This document shows positions 36,508 to 44,517 of a stretch of 64,000 nt of DNA, one piece after another. A program made the translations under genes and the position numbers. The stretch covers positions 384,001 to 448,000 of the forward strand of contig OY970342.1 of the NCBI GenBank assembly GCA_963717505.1, read 5' to 3'. Under the pieces are notes generated by a model, which saw only the letters and a program-made list of their open reading frames with translations, searched no databases and was not told where the DNA came from. Position 1 is the stretch's first letter, and each line of letters begins with the position of its first letter. This DNA comes from Candidatus Eiseniibacteriota bacterium. Its GTDB lineage: Bacteria > Eisenbacteria > RBG-16-71-46.

Positions 36508-36580
36508 AGCTGGCGAAGGGACTCGAACCCCCAACCACCTCATTACAAATGAGATGCTCTACCAATTGAGCTACGCCAGC
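36508..36580 (-). tRNA. tRNA-Thr(TGT), CCA not encoded
   Basis: GCTGGCG...TTTGTAA...TTCGAGT...CGCCAGC-T followed by CGT. Confidence 0.96.
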
Positions 36581-36606
36581 ACCGATCGAGCGCCGGACCG
36601 GAGCGA

Positions 36607-37083
36607 CTAGCCCGGGTACGGAGGAACCGCCAACGACCGAACGTGCTTCAACACGGCCTGGATCTCGGCCTCCGAGAGCACACTCTTCCACGCCGGCATG
36701 GCGCCCTTGCCCTCGTGAATCACCAGGAGCACCGCCTCGTCGGATAGCGCGTTCATGTAGGCGCCGTCCGTGTGATTCCGAGGCTTCGGATTGAGGCTCG
36801 CCGACGCGGGGCCATCTCCCTTGCCTTCCGGGCCATGACAAAGCGCACAGCGCTGCGAATAGATCTGGGCGCCATCGAGAACCACCGTCGTCGTACCGGT
36901 TTGGGTCGTCGTACCACCATCTGCGGGTTGGTTGGTCGCGTTGTCCGGCGCCGGCGTCGACTCGGACGAGCCACCGCCGCAACCAACCAGGACTGCGTGA
37001 CCGAGCGCCAGAGCGACGAACAACGCCGCCAGCGCGGACATCGGGCGGGCGCGAAACGCGCTTACAGCTGAAGGGGTTTTCAT
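36607..37083 (-). CDS. Lipoprotein monoheme cytochrome c
   Basis: Signal peptide with lipobox LVGC, Thr-rich linker, CALCH, GxGDG, distal Met in GKGAMPAW. Confidence 0.9.
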   Translation of the reverse strand: MKTPSAVSAFRARPMSALAALFVALALGHAVLVGCGGGSSESTPAPDNATNQPADGGTTTQTGTTTVVLDGAQIYSQRCALCHGPEGKGDGPASASLNPKPRNHTDGAYMNALSDEAVLLVIHEGKGAMPAWKSVLSEAEIQAVLKHVRSLAVPPYPG

Positions 37084-37090
37084 GGGCGGC

Positions 37091-37120
37091 AACATAGCAT
37101 CGCCGTCCGATGGGCTTCAA
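37091..37120 (-). promoter_or_regulatory. sigma70 extended -10 promoter, probably leaderless, for cytochrome c
   Basis: TTGAAG-N18-TATGTT with TGn extension, 7 nt before ATG 37083. Confidence 0.55.
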
Positions 37121-37143
37121 CAGGGCGGGGGTGCCCAAAATCG

Positions 37144-37180
37144 AAAAGGCAGCCGAGGAATCTCTTCTCGACTGCCTCTT
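37144..37180 (-). terminator. Intrinsic terminator closing the putative sigma54-dependent RNA
   Basis: AGGCAGTCGAGAA-gaga-TTCCTCGGCTGCCT followed by TTTCGATTTT. Confidence 0.75.
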
Positions 37181-37518
37181 CCCGAGAGTACAGGGAGTGA
37201 CCGGGATGAACCCCACTGTCCTCCCGGCTTCGTTGACCGGGCGTATTTAGTTTTGTGTGCAAACTACAAGCGAACGAACTGCTCCACTTCGAGAAGACTT
37301 TTCCTTGCTGCGCTCACCCCCCTTGGTTCACTTGCACCTAAGTGGGCCACGAGCCTCGGAGCTCATCGCTCCGACATCGAGCCGTCACGATCCGGGGGGG
37401 CCTGGACGATCGCTCCGCCGATGGAGGTGCCAACCTTGCGGTGCGAGGTCCAGGCTTCCGAGCCCCTCTTCCCCCTATGGGCAACCCCTGAACCGTGAAC
37501 TAAAACCCCGTATCCGGC
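37144..37518 (-). ncRNA. Putative ~375-nt sigma54-dependent structured ncRNA (unknown family)
   Basis: Bounded by sigma54 promoter and terminator; no credible ORF; multiple hairpins including a GCAA tetraloop. Confidence 0.55.
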
Positions 37519-37528
37519 GGATGACTAA

Positions 37529-37544
37529 AGCACCCGCCGTGCCG
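37529..37544 (-). promoter_or_regulatory. sigma54 -24/-12 promoter
   Basis: CGGCACG-GCGG-GTGCT: GG-N10-GC with CACG, close to TGGCACG-N4-TTGCW. Confidence 0.7.
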
Positions 37545-37583
37545 AGTCCTTCACGTCGTCCAAACAAAACTGCGTTCTCTGCA

Positions 37584-37596
37584 CAACTCGTTGATA
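37584..37596 (-). promoter_or_regulatory. IHF binding site
   Basis: TATCAA-CGAG-TTG, exact match to WATCAANNNNTTR, located between enhancer and sigma54 promoter. Confidence 0.65.
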
Positions 37597-37664
37597 AGCA
37601 ACGCTATGCGTGCCGTGGAGCCGATCACCGAATGCCGCCGATTACGAGGGGTCGAGTGTTTCGT

Positions 37665-37682
37665 TGTTACGGGGAGGTAACA
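37665..37682. promoter_or_regulatory. Putative upstream activator sequence (bEBP enhancer)
   Basis: Perfect dyad TGTTAC-N6-GTAACA ~155 bp upstream of predicted +1; extra TGTTAC half-site at 37747. Confidence 0.6.
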
Positions 37683-37851
37683 GCTTCGGGGGGCTCGTCC
37701 GAGGTGGCGGATGGCTTATCGATTGTGCGACAACGAATTGTAGGCTTGTTACCCGCGGGCAGGCGGAACCGCTCGAGGAAACGAAACCACGGAGCACCAC
37801 GAGCGTCAGGTTGTTGGCCGGAAAGAAGTCGCCGGTGGGGCCGCGAGCGCT

Positions 37852-40242
37852 CTAGTTCAGCTCGATGCCGAGCCGGCGCAGCCGCGCGTAGAGCGTCTTC
37901 CGGCTGACGCCCAGAATCTCGGCGGTGCGGCTCTTGTTGCCCGCGGCTTCGGCGAACGCGGAAAGAATGCGAGACCGCTCACTCTCGACCGGACGGCCGG
38001 TCGAATCGCCGGGCTCCAGGTATGCGAGCAAATCGAGGGCTTCGATCGCCTGATTGCCGGCGGACAGAGCCGCGACTCGCTTCATCACGTTCTCGAGTTC
38101 GCGAACGTTCCCGGGCCAGGCGTAGGACGCCAGAATGGCCTCGGCGCCCGACCCGAGGCGCGGCCCGTCGATGCCTCCGTAGAACGCGAGGAAATGCCGG
38201 GCGAGCGGGACGATATCCTCCCGCCTTTCGCGCAGTAACGGCACCTGGATTTCGATCTCGTTCAAACGGAAGAGAAGATCGCGGCGGAATGAAGCCTCGC
38301 CGCGCGAGCCACGTAGCTCGCGGTTGGTCGCCGAGATCACCCGCACGTCCGACCTGCGAACCTGCGTCTCGCCCAGCCGGATGTACTCGCCGCTCTCGAG
38401 GAAGCGGAGCAGCGTGACCTGGACGTCGTGCGGCAGCTCGCCCACTTCGTCCATGAACAGGGTGCCGCCATCGGCGGCTTCGACCAGCCCGATGCCTTCG
38501 GCGTGGGCGCCGGTGAATGCACCCTTCCGGTGTCCGAACAACTGCGAAAGGGCCAGGTCCGGTCGCAGTGCGCCGCAGTTCACCGCCAGGAACCGCCCGG
38601 TCTGCCGCGCCGAGAGCCCGTGGATCGTGCGCGCAATGAGCTCCTTCCCGGTGCCGGTTTCGCCGGTGATCAGGACGCTGAGCTCGGTGGCCGCGGCCCG
38701 CTGGGCCAAGGCTTCGACCCGGCGCATCCCCTGGGAACAGGCCACCATGCCGGGAGCACGATGGCGTCGGCCGTTGGTCGACACTGCCTCGATGGCTGGC
38801 GCTTCGCCCGCCTGAGCCTGGCGGCGCAATTCTTCTTCCGCCTGGTCCACCCAGTGGGTGGTGCCCAGGTCCGAGAACAATGCGACGGAGCGATAGAGCG
38901 CGCGCCGTCCCTCGTCGGTGTTCGGCGTGATGCGCCCCAGGTCGAGCAGGCTCCGGCCGAGTTCGAAACGCTCGTTGCACGCCGTCACCAGGTCGACGCA
39001 TCTGCGGGCGAAGTCCCGCGCCTCATCGCGACGGTCGCGGGCGCGGGCCAGCCAGGTACGCGCACGGAACGTCAGGGCATGCTCGAGCCGGTCTTCGATC
39101 CGATCCGCCAGACCCGCGGCACGCTCGCACGCGGCACCGGCCTCGTCGAGACGTCCGAGCTGAATCAGAACCTCGGCGCGCCGGCGCTCCAATTCGACGA
39201 CCAGATCACCTTCGCCGGCGATCCGCTCGGCCCGCGGCAGTGCTTCGTCGTAGCGGGCCAGTGCCGCCTCTGGCCGTCCGCGTTCGGCGTCGAGCTCGCC
39301 CAGGAACTCGAGCGCCAGGCACTCTTCCCGCTGCGCCGACTGCTCCCGTGAGCGACGCAGGGCGTCGAGCAGCCGCGTCTCGGACTCCACGAAGCGTTGG
39401 CGCAGCCGCGCGAGGTTGGCGAGTCCGATGTCGACCGCGGCCAGCCGGAGCTGGTCGCCGACCTGCTCGAACACCTGTCGCGCCTGCGAATAGCAGACTC
39501 CGGACTCGTTCCAGTCGCCGCGCTTCTGGTGAACGATTCCCAGGTGGAGCAGCGCGGTGCCGGTCTCGGCGAAACGTCCGGAGCGCCGCCGGATCTCGAG
39601 CGCACCGGTGAACTGCTGCACCGCCTGGTCCCATTCGCAGCGGTTCTTGTGGATCAGGCCGAGATTGCCGCGCACCACGGCACAGCTCAGCTCATCGCCG
39701 GCGCGCGTGTGGAATGCGAGGGCTTGCTCGTAGTTGGAACGGGCCGTGTCGAGGTCGCCTTCGCGATAGGCAACCCGACCCAGGAGGTTGAGCGCCTGCC
39801 CCATGAGCGTGAAGTCCGCTGCCTTCTGAGAACGCTCGAGGCCAGCCCGAGAAGCGTCGGCAGCCTCGGGTAGCCGGGACAGCCGGAACAGGGCCTCGGC
39901 CACCAGGAGGTGCAGGCGGCCGCGGGTTGCGAACGAGCCGATCGCCGGCTCGTCCCTCAAGGCCTCGCGACCATGCGCGAGTGCCCCTTGGGCGTTGCCC
40001 TGTGCGAGTCGGCAGGTAATCGCCTTGCAATCGAGGATCGCCCGGCGCGCAGCCGACAGCCCACGCGCCTCCGGCAACTGGAGCAGACGATCGATCGTCT
40101 CCAGGGCGGGCACGTAACTGTCCGCCTGCAGGTACAGATCGACCAGCATGCTCAAGTCCGCGACGCGCCCATCAGTGCGCGGCGCCTCGAACGCGAGCCG
40201 CTCCTCGAGCGATACAATGCGATCGTGGTCGTATCCCGGCAC
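37852..40242 (-). CDS. TPR-repeat sigma54-dependent Fis-family transcriptional activator (bEBP)
   Basis: ~480-aa N-terminal TPR array; GETGTGKE, LFGHRKGAFTGA, FMDE, WPGNVRELEN; C-terminal HTH GNKSRTAEILGVSRKTLY; GTG after GGAG. Confidence 0.93.
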   Translation of the reverse strand: MPGYDHDRIVSLEERLAFEAPRTDGRVADLSMLVDLYLQADSYVPALETIDRLLQLPEARGLSAARRAILDCKAITCRLAQGNAQGALAHGREALRDEPAIGSFATRGRLHLLVAEALFRLSRLPEAADASRAGLERSQKAADFTLMGQALNLLGRVAYREGDLDTARSNYEQALAFHTRAGDELSCAVVRGNLGLIHKNRCEWDQAVQQFTGALEIRRRSGRFAETGTALLHLGIVHQKRGDWNESGVCYSQARQVFEQVGDQLRLAAVDIGLANLARLRQRFVESETRLLDALRRSREQSAQREECLALEFLGELDAERGRPEAALARYDEALPRAERIAGEGDLVVELERRRAEVLIQLGRLDEAGAACERAAGLADRIEDRLEHALTFRARTWLARARDRRDEARDFARRCVDLVTACNERFELGRSLLDLGRITPNTDEGRRALYRSVALFSDLGTTHWVDQAEEELRRQAQAGEAPAIEAVSTNGRRHRAPGMVACSQGMRRVEALAQRAAATELSVLITGETGTGKELIARTIHGLSARQTGRFLAVNCGALRPDLALSQLFGHRKGAFTGAHAEGIGLVEAADGGTLFMDEVGELPHDVQVTLLRFLESGEYIRLGETQVRRSDVRVISATNRELRGSRGEASFRRDLLFRLNEIEIQVPLLRERREDIVPLARHFLAFYGGIDGPRLGSGAEAILASYAWPGNVRELENVMKRVAALSAGNQAIEALDLLAYLEPGDSTGRPVESERSRILSAFAEAAGNKSRTAEILGVSRKTLYARLRRLGIELN

Positions 40243-40283
40243 AACGGTCTCCGGTCAACGCTGACTACGTCGATGGATTCGGC

Positions 40284-40628
40284 TTACAGCTGGAGCCAAA
40301 GCCCTCGCTGCCACAGCCGAATCAGGTACAAACGCCACATCCCAAAGCTCTGAGCCAGCGAATCGTCACCCGCGATTCCCGAACCCAGATGCTGCGATCC
40401 GATCGCCACCCGCCCCTGGTTGACCTTGCTGGACTTGCCCGAGCCTTCGGGCTGGTCCGGATCACCCAAGCCGTTTCCGCCTCCCGCACCTGGATCGTCG
40501 TACGTGATCCCTTGGAACGGGTCGGCTGAAACGTGTGCGGGTGCCGCGGCACAGACAACCAGTGCCGCGAGCAGCGTCAGGATGATGGCTCCCCGCCTAT
40601 TCGTTTTGAACCAGGACATGAAACCCAT
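40284..40628 (-). CDS. Small secreted pre-peptide (GDPDxP motif, Trp-rich C-tail)
   Basis: Sec-type signal (KTNRR-hydrophobic-VSA|D), acidic Gly-rich GDPDQP core, tail MWRLYLIRLWQRGLWLQL; start at 40628 or 40619. Confidence 0.75.
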   Translation of the reverse strand: MGFMSWFKTNRRGAIILTLLAALVVCAAAPAHVSADPFQGITYDDPGAGGGNGLGDPDQPEGSGKSSKVNQGRVAIGSQHLGSGIAGDDSLAQSFGMWRLYLIRLWQRGLWLQL

Positions 40629-40778
40629 CCTCACTTCCCAGAACGACACCGCGGCCGACATTCAGCCGCATGGTCAAATGCGAATGCCCCTGCGACACGA
40701 CCGGCCTGCGGACGGAATACTGGATACGGGGTGACCGCAAGCCACCGGGTCTGAACAGGGGGGATCCGCTCGAAAACG

Positions 40779-40807
40779 AGGCTAGACCCGTGACTGCGGT
40801 ACGTCAA
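40779..40807 (-). promoter_or_regulatory. sigma70 promoter for peptide-bEBP operon
   Basis: TTGACG-N17-TAGCCT preceded by T-rich UP-like tract. Confidence 0.6.
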
Positions 40808-40941
40808 GAAAAAGGAAGGCCGCCCGGACTGGTTCCAGCCCAGGGACCTTGGCGCCGGCGCCGAGTGGGAATGGACCGGGCTCATCCCTGACAACTCCTT
40901 GACGAAACCGCTTGGGGGTCCTATCAGTCCGTCAGGAGCAT

Positions 40942-42333
40942 CTACTTCCGGCGGATCTTGGGACCCTGGGCGCCGTCTTCGACCACAGCCCCCAACCGCG
41001 CCAGCTCGTCGCGCAGGGCATCGGCCCGTTTCCAGTCCCGGGCCTTGCGGGCCGCCTCGCGCTGGTCCACCAGCTGGAGGATTTGGTCGTCCCAGGTATC
41101 GGCAGCCGGCCGCTTCCAAAAGAGACCCAAAATTCCACCCAGCTGGAGCAACGTCCCGGCGCCGGCACGGGCCTCGGGGTCCCGGCCCTCGTCGAAGGCG
41201 CGATTGACGTGGCGGGAGAAGTCGAACAGGGCGCCGATCGCCTTGGCGCTGTTGAAGTCGTCGTCCATGGCATCCCGGAATTCACGACCGGCCTGGGCCG
41301 CAGCGTCGGCGATCGATCCGGCGACCGGGGGCGCTTCCTTCGCATCCCAGAGATCGGCCCGCTCGAGGGGCGAGCGCAGCCTCTGGTAGGCCACTCCCGC
41401 CTCGGCCAGACGCTCCTCGTTGAAGTCGATCGGACTTCGATAGTGCGTCGAGAGCAGGTAGAAGCGGACCACCTCAGGATCGACGCGGGCGGCAATGTCC
41501 TCGGCGAAGAACAGATTCCCGGTGCTCTTCGACATCTTCTCGCCGCCCAGGTTCACCATACCGTTCTCGCACCAGAAGTGGGCAAAGGACTTACCGGTCG
41601 CCCCCTCGGACTGGGCGATCTCGTTCTCATGGTGGGGGAAGATCAGGTCCTGGCCGCCACCGTGAATGTCGAATGTCTCCCCCAGGTACTTCATCGCCAT
41701 CGCCGAGCACTCGATGTGCCAGCCGGGTCGACCCGGACCCCACGGAGAATCCCAGGCCGGCTCCCCCGGCTTGGCGCCCTTCCACAGGGCGAAATCGAGG
41801 GCGTCGCGCTTCGCCTCCCCCGGCTCGATGCGATAGCCCTCGCGCATGTCGTCGACCCGGCGTCCCGAGAGTTTGCCGTAGTCGGCTTTGCTGCGGACGT
41901 CGAAGTAGACGTCGCCGCCGGCCGCGTAAGCGTGGCCGCGCTCGATCAGCTGCCGGATCATCGCGTGCATCTCGGGAATGTGCTCCGTCGCCCGCGGATA
42001 GTGCGTGGCCGGCTTGATGTTGTGCAGGGCGGCGACCTTGAGGTAGGCGTCGATGTTGCGTTGGCTCACCGACTCGTAGCCCAGCCCCTCTTCGTTCGCG
42101 CGCGCGATGATCTTGTCGTCGACGTCGGTGAAGTTGTAGAGGTAGGTCACCTCGTATCCCAGGAACTCGAGATAGCGGCGCATGATGTCGCCCGACATCG
42201 ACGAGCGAATGTGGCCGACGTGCGGCCGATTCTGAACCGTCATGCCGCACACGTACATGCCGACCTTCCCCGGCGTGACCGGCGAGAACTCCCGCTTGTC
42301 GCGCGACAGGGTGTCGTAGATCCGCAGCGTCAT
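40942..42333 (-). CDS. cysS: Cysteine--tRNA ligase
   Basis: [25 protein letters not shown]. Confidence 0.98.
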   Translation of the reverse strand: MTLRIYDTLSRDKREFSPVTPGKVGMYVCGMTVQNRPHVGHIRSSMSGDIMRRYLEFLGYEVTYLYNFTDVDDKIIARANEEGLGYESVSQRNIDAYLKVAALHNIKPATHYPRATEHIPEMHAMIRQLIERGHAYAAGGDVYFDVRSKADYGKLSGRRVDDMREGYRIEPGEAKRDALDFALWKGAKPGEPAWDSPWGPGRPGWHIECSAMAMKYLGETFDIHGGGQDLIFPHHENEIAQSEGATGKSFAHFWCENGMVNLGGEKMSKSTGNLFFAEDIAARVDPEVVRFYLLSTHYRSPIDFNEERLAEAGVAYQRLRSPLERADLWDAKEAPPVAGSIADAAAQAGREFRDAMDDDFNSAKAIGALFDFSRHVNRAFDEGRDPEARAGAGTLLQLGGILGLFWKRPAADTWDDQILQLVDQREAARKARDWKRADALRDELARLGAVVEDGAQGPKIRRK

Positions 42334-42370
42334 CGGCCCCCCGGTGGCCGGTGCCTGGTCGACGAAACGG

Positions 42371-43429
42371 TCACGTCAGGCTTGCGACTGTCTTCTGGTC
42401 GAGACGCTTCACCAACGCGACCAGCAGTTGGACGGTCTTCTCGAAGTCGCGGTAGTCGATGATGCTGACGTGGCTGTGGATGTAGCGGGTCGCACAGCCC
42501 ATCGCGATCGACGGCACACCCTCGCCGTGCAGGTGGATGCGGCCGATGTCGGTGCCTCCCCGCTCGACGGACTCGAATTGGAGCGGAATCCGCAAGCGGC
42601 GCGCGGTATCGATCACCAGATCGAGCAGTCGGCGGTTGGGAATCGCGGTCGCGTCGTAGATCACTACCAGCGGGCCGCCGCCCAGCTTCTCGTCGCCTTC
42701 GGTGCCCGGCGTGTCGTGGGCGATCCCGGTGTCGAGTGCGATCGCCACGTCGGGTCGGGTCTTGAACGCCGCCGTCTGAGCACCCCGCAGCCCGACTTCT
42801 TCCTGGGCGGTCGCGACCGCAAGCAGCGTGTTGGGATGCTTCACGCCTTTGAGCCGGCGCGCGGTCTCGGCGGCGAGCGCGCATCCGAGGCGGTTGTCCC
42901 ACGCCTTGGCCAACAGCAGGTCGGGGTTGGCCATGACGGTGAACGACGAATCGGGAACGATCGGGTCGCCGGGGCGGATGTCGAGCTTCTTCCTCACGTC
43001 GAAGTCCGAGGTCGCACCGACGTCGAGGTAGAGCTCGCGAATCTCGAGCACCTTCTTGCGGTCCTCATCGCGCAGCTCGTGCGGCGGCTTGGACCCGGCG
43101 ACCGCCAGCACATCGCCTTTTCGCGTCTTGATGATGAAGCGCTGCGCGAGCACCACGTGTCCCCACCAGCCCCCGAGCTGGAGGAACTTGACGAAGCCGT
43201 CCTTGGTCACCGACTTCACCATGAAGCCGACTTCGTCCAGATGTCCGGCGAGCATGACCCGCGGCCCGGAACCGCCGACCTTCTCGCAGACGAAACTGCC
43301 GAGCCGGTCGCGCGTGATCGCGCCAATGCCTTTGAGGTGCCGCGCCATCACCGCGGCGACTTCGTGTTCGAATCCCGGCACGCCGTGGGCTTCGACCAGC
43401 TCCTTGAGAAACTGCGTCGTCCGATCCAT
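42371..43429 (-). CDS. M42 family metallo-aminopeptidase
   Basis: AGHLDEVG, KAWDNR, QEEVGLRGA, GGTD, RYIHS. Confidence 0.95.
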   Translation of the reverse strand: MDRTTQFLKELVEAHGVPGFEHEVAAVMARHLKGIGAITRDRLGSFVCEKVGGSGPRVMLAGHLDEVGFMVKSVTKDGFVKFLQLGGWWGHVVLAQRFIIKTRKGDVLAVAGSKPPHELRDEDRKKVLEIRELYLDVGATSDFDVRKKLDIRPGDPIVPDSSFTVMANPDLLLAKAWDNRLGCALAAETARRLKGVKHPNTLLAVATAQEEVGLRGAQTAAFKTRPDVAIALDTGIAHDTPGTEGDEKLGGGPLVVIYDATAIPNRRLLDLVIDTARRLRIPLQFESVERGGTDIGRIHLHGEGVPSIAMGCATRYIHSHVSIIDYRDFEKTVQLLVALVKRLDQKTVASLT

Positions 43430-43476
43430 GAATGCTCCTGCAGCAGGGTGGGTGCGGGACGGGGGAGCCCGCGGGG

Positions 43477-44517
43477 TCAGGTGGCGGGGTCGACCTCGTG
43501 CGTGTCCTCGCGGACGCGGCGGTGGCGGCGGCGCCAGTCTTCGATCGCCAGGTCGAGCATGCGCGCGACCAGCTGATCGTAGGACATGCCGCACGCACGC
43601 GCCGCCATCGGCACCAGACTGGTCGGGGTCATGCCGGGAACCGTATTGACTTCCAGACACCACGGGGCGCCCGCCGGATCGAGCCGGAAGTCCGTGCGCG
43701 AGACCCCGCGGCATCCGAGCACGCGCGACGCGCGCAGGCCCAGTTCGCGGACCCGCTCGGCGAGTGCCGCCGGCAGATCCGCCGGACAGAAGTACTCGCT
43801 CTTGCCCGCGGTGTACTTCGACTCGTAGTCGTAGTGGCCGCCCTGCGGCCGGATCTCGACGATCGGCAGCGCCTCGTCACCCAGAACCGCGACCGTCAGC
43901 TCGCGGCCCGGGATGTACTGCTCGATCAGGACCTCGGGGCCGTGCTCGAAAGCCAGATCCAGGGCTTCGGCCAGATCGTCGGCGCGGCTGACGATGGTCA
44001 ATCCGACGGTCGAGCCTTCGGCGTTCGGCTTGACCACGAGCGGGTAGCCCCCCAGCGCCGTGGCATCGACCAACGTGTCGCCGGCGCGCACCAGGCGCCA
44101 CCGAGGCGTCGGGACGCCCTCGCGTTCGAAGACGCGCTTGGCCATCGCTTTGTCCATGGCCAGAGCACTCGCGAGCACGCCCGAGCCGGTGTACGGACGG
44201 CCGGCGAGCTCGAGCAGGGCCTGGACGGTGCCGTCCTCCCCCGCGCCACCGTGCAACGCGACGAATACGACGTCGGCCTCGCCGAGCGCCGGCGCTTCGG
44301 CCAGCGCGGCCGCCGAGCGCTCGGGCAGGCGGCGCACGGCTTCGGCGGGCAGCGCGGCCTTGGCTTCGTCGCCCGGCGGCAGCAGGCGGCCATTCGCCGC
44401 ATCGATCGCCAGCACCTCGTGGCCGAGATGTTTGAGCGCCTGAACCACGCCCTGGCCGGTTCGGAGCGAGATCTCGCGCTCGGCCGATCGGCCACCCATG
44501 AGGACTGCGACTTTCAT
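43477..44517 (-). CDS. ddl: D-alanine--D-alanine ligase
   Basis: GGRSAEREIS, LHGGAGEDG, YDYESKY, LEVNTVPGMT. Confidence 0.96.
   Translation of the reverse strand: MKVAVLMGGRSAEREISLRTGQGVVQALKHLGHEVLAIDAANGRLLPPGDEAKAALPAEAVRRLPERSAAALAEAPALGEADVVFVALHGGAGEDGTVQALLELAGRPYTGSGVLASALAMDKAMAKRVFEREGVPTPRWRLVRAGDTLVDATALGGYPLVVKPNAEGSTVGLTIVSRADDLAEALDLAFEHGPEVLIEQYIPGRELTVAVLGDEALPIVEIRPQGGHYDYESKYTAGKSEYFCPADLPAALAERVRELGLRASRVLGCRGVSRTDFRLDPAGAPWCLEVNTVPGMTPTSLVPMAARACGMSYDQLVARMLDLAIEDWRRRHRRVREDTHEVDPAT

Noticed and set aside
37080-37262. 60-aa minus-strand ORF (MHTKLNT...)
   Set aside because: TTG start without RBS and runs through the intrinsic terminator
37426-37441. Plus-strand GG-N10-GC (AGGTGCCAACCTTGC) as a second sigma54 promoter
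   Set aside because: Lacks the CACG core and has no downstream target
37257-37907. Plus-strand ORFs 37082..37498, 37257..37907 and 37610..37855
   Set aside because: Non-host codon usage, no RBS or motifs; they overlap minus-strand promoter, IHF, UAS and terminator signals
40899-40927. Plus-strand TTGACG-N17-TATCAG antisense to cysS 3' end
   Set aside because: -10 lacks the invariant final T and there is no supporting feature
36508-40930. tRNA-anchored genomic island carrying the bEBP module
   Set aside because: Module lies on the 5' side of the tRNAs; no integrase and no duplicated tRNA 3' end seen
42371-43429. M42 peptidase as the processing enzyme of the GDPD peptide
   Set aside because: It is embedded in the housekeeping gltX-ddl-cysS operon; only proximity supports the link
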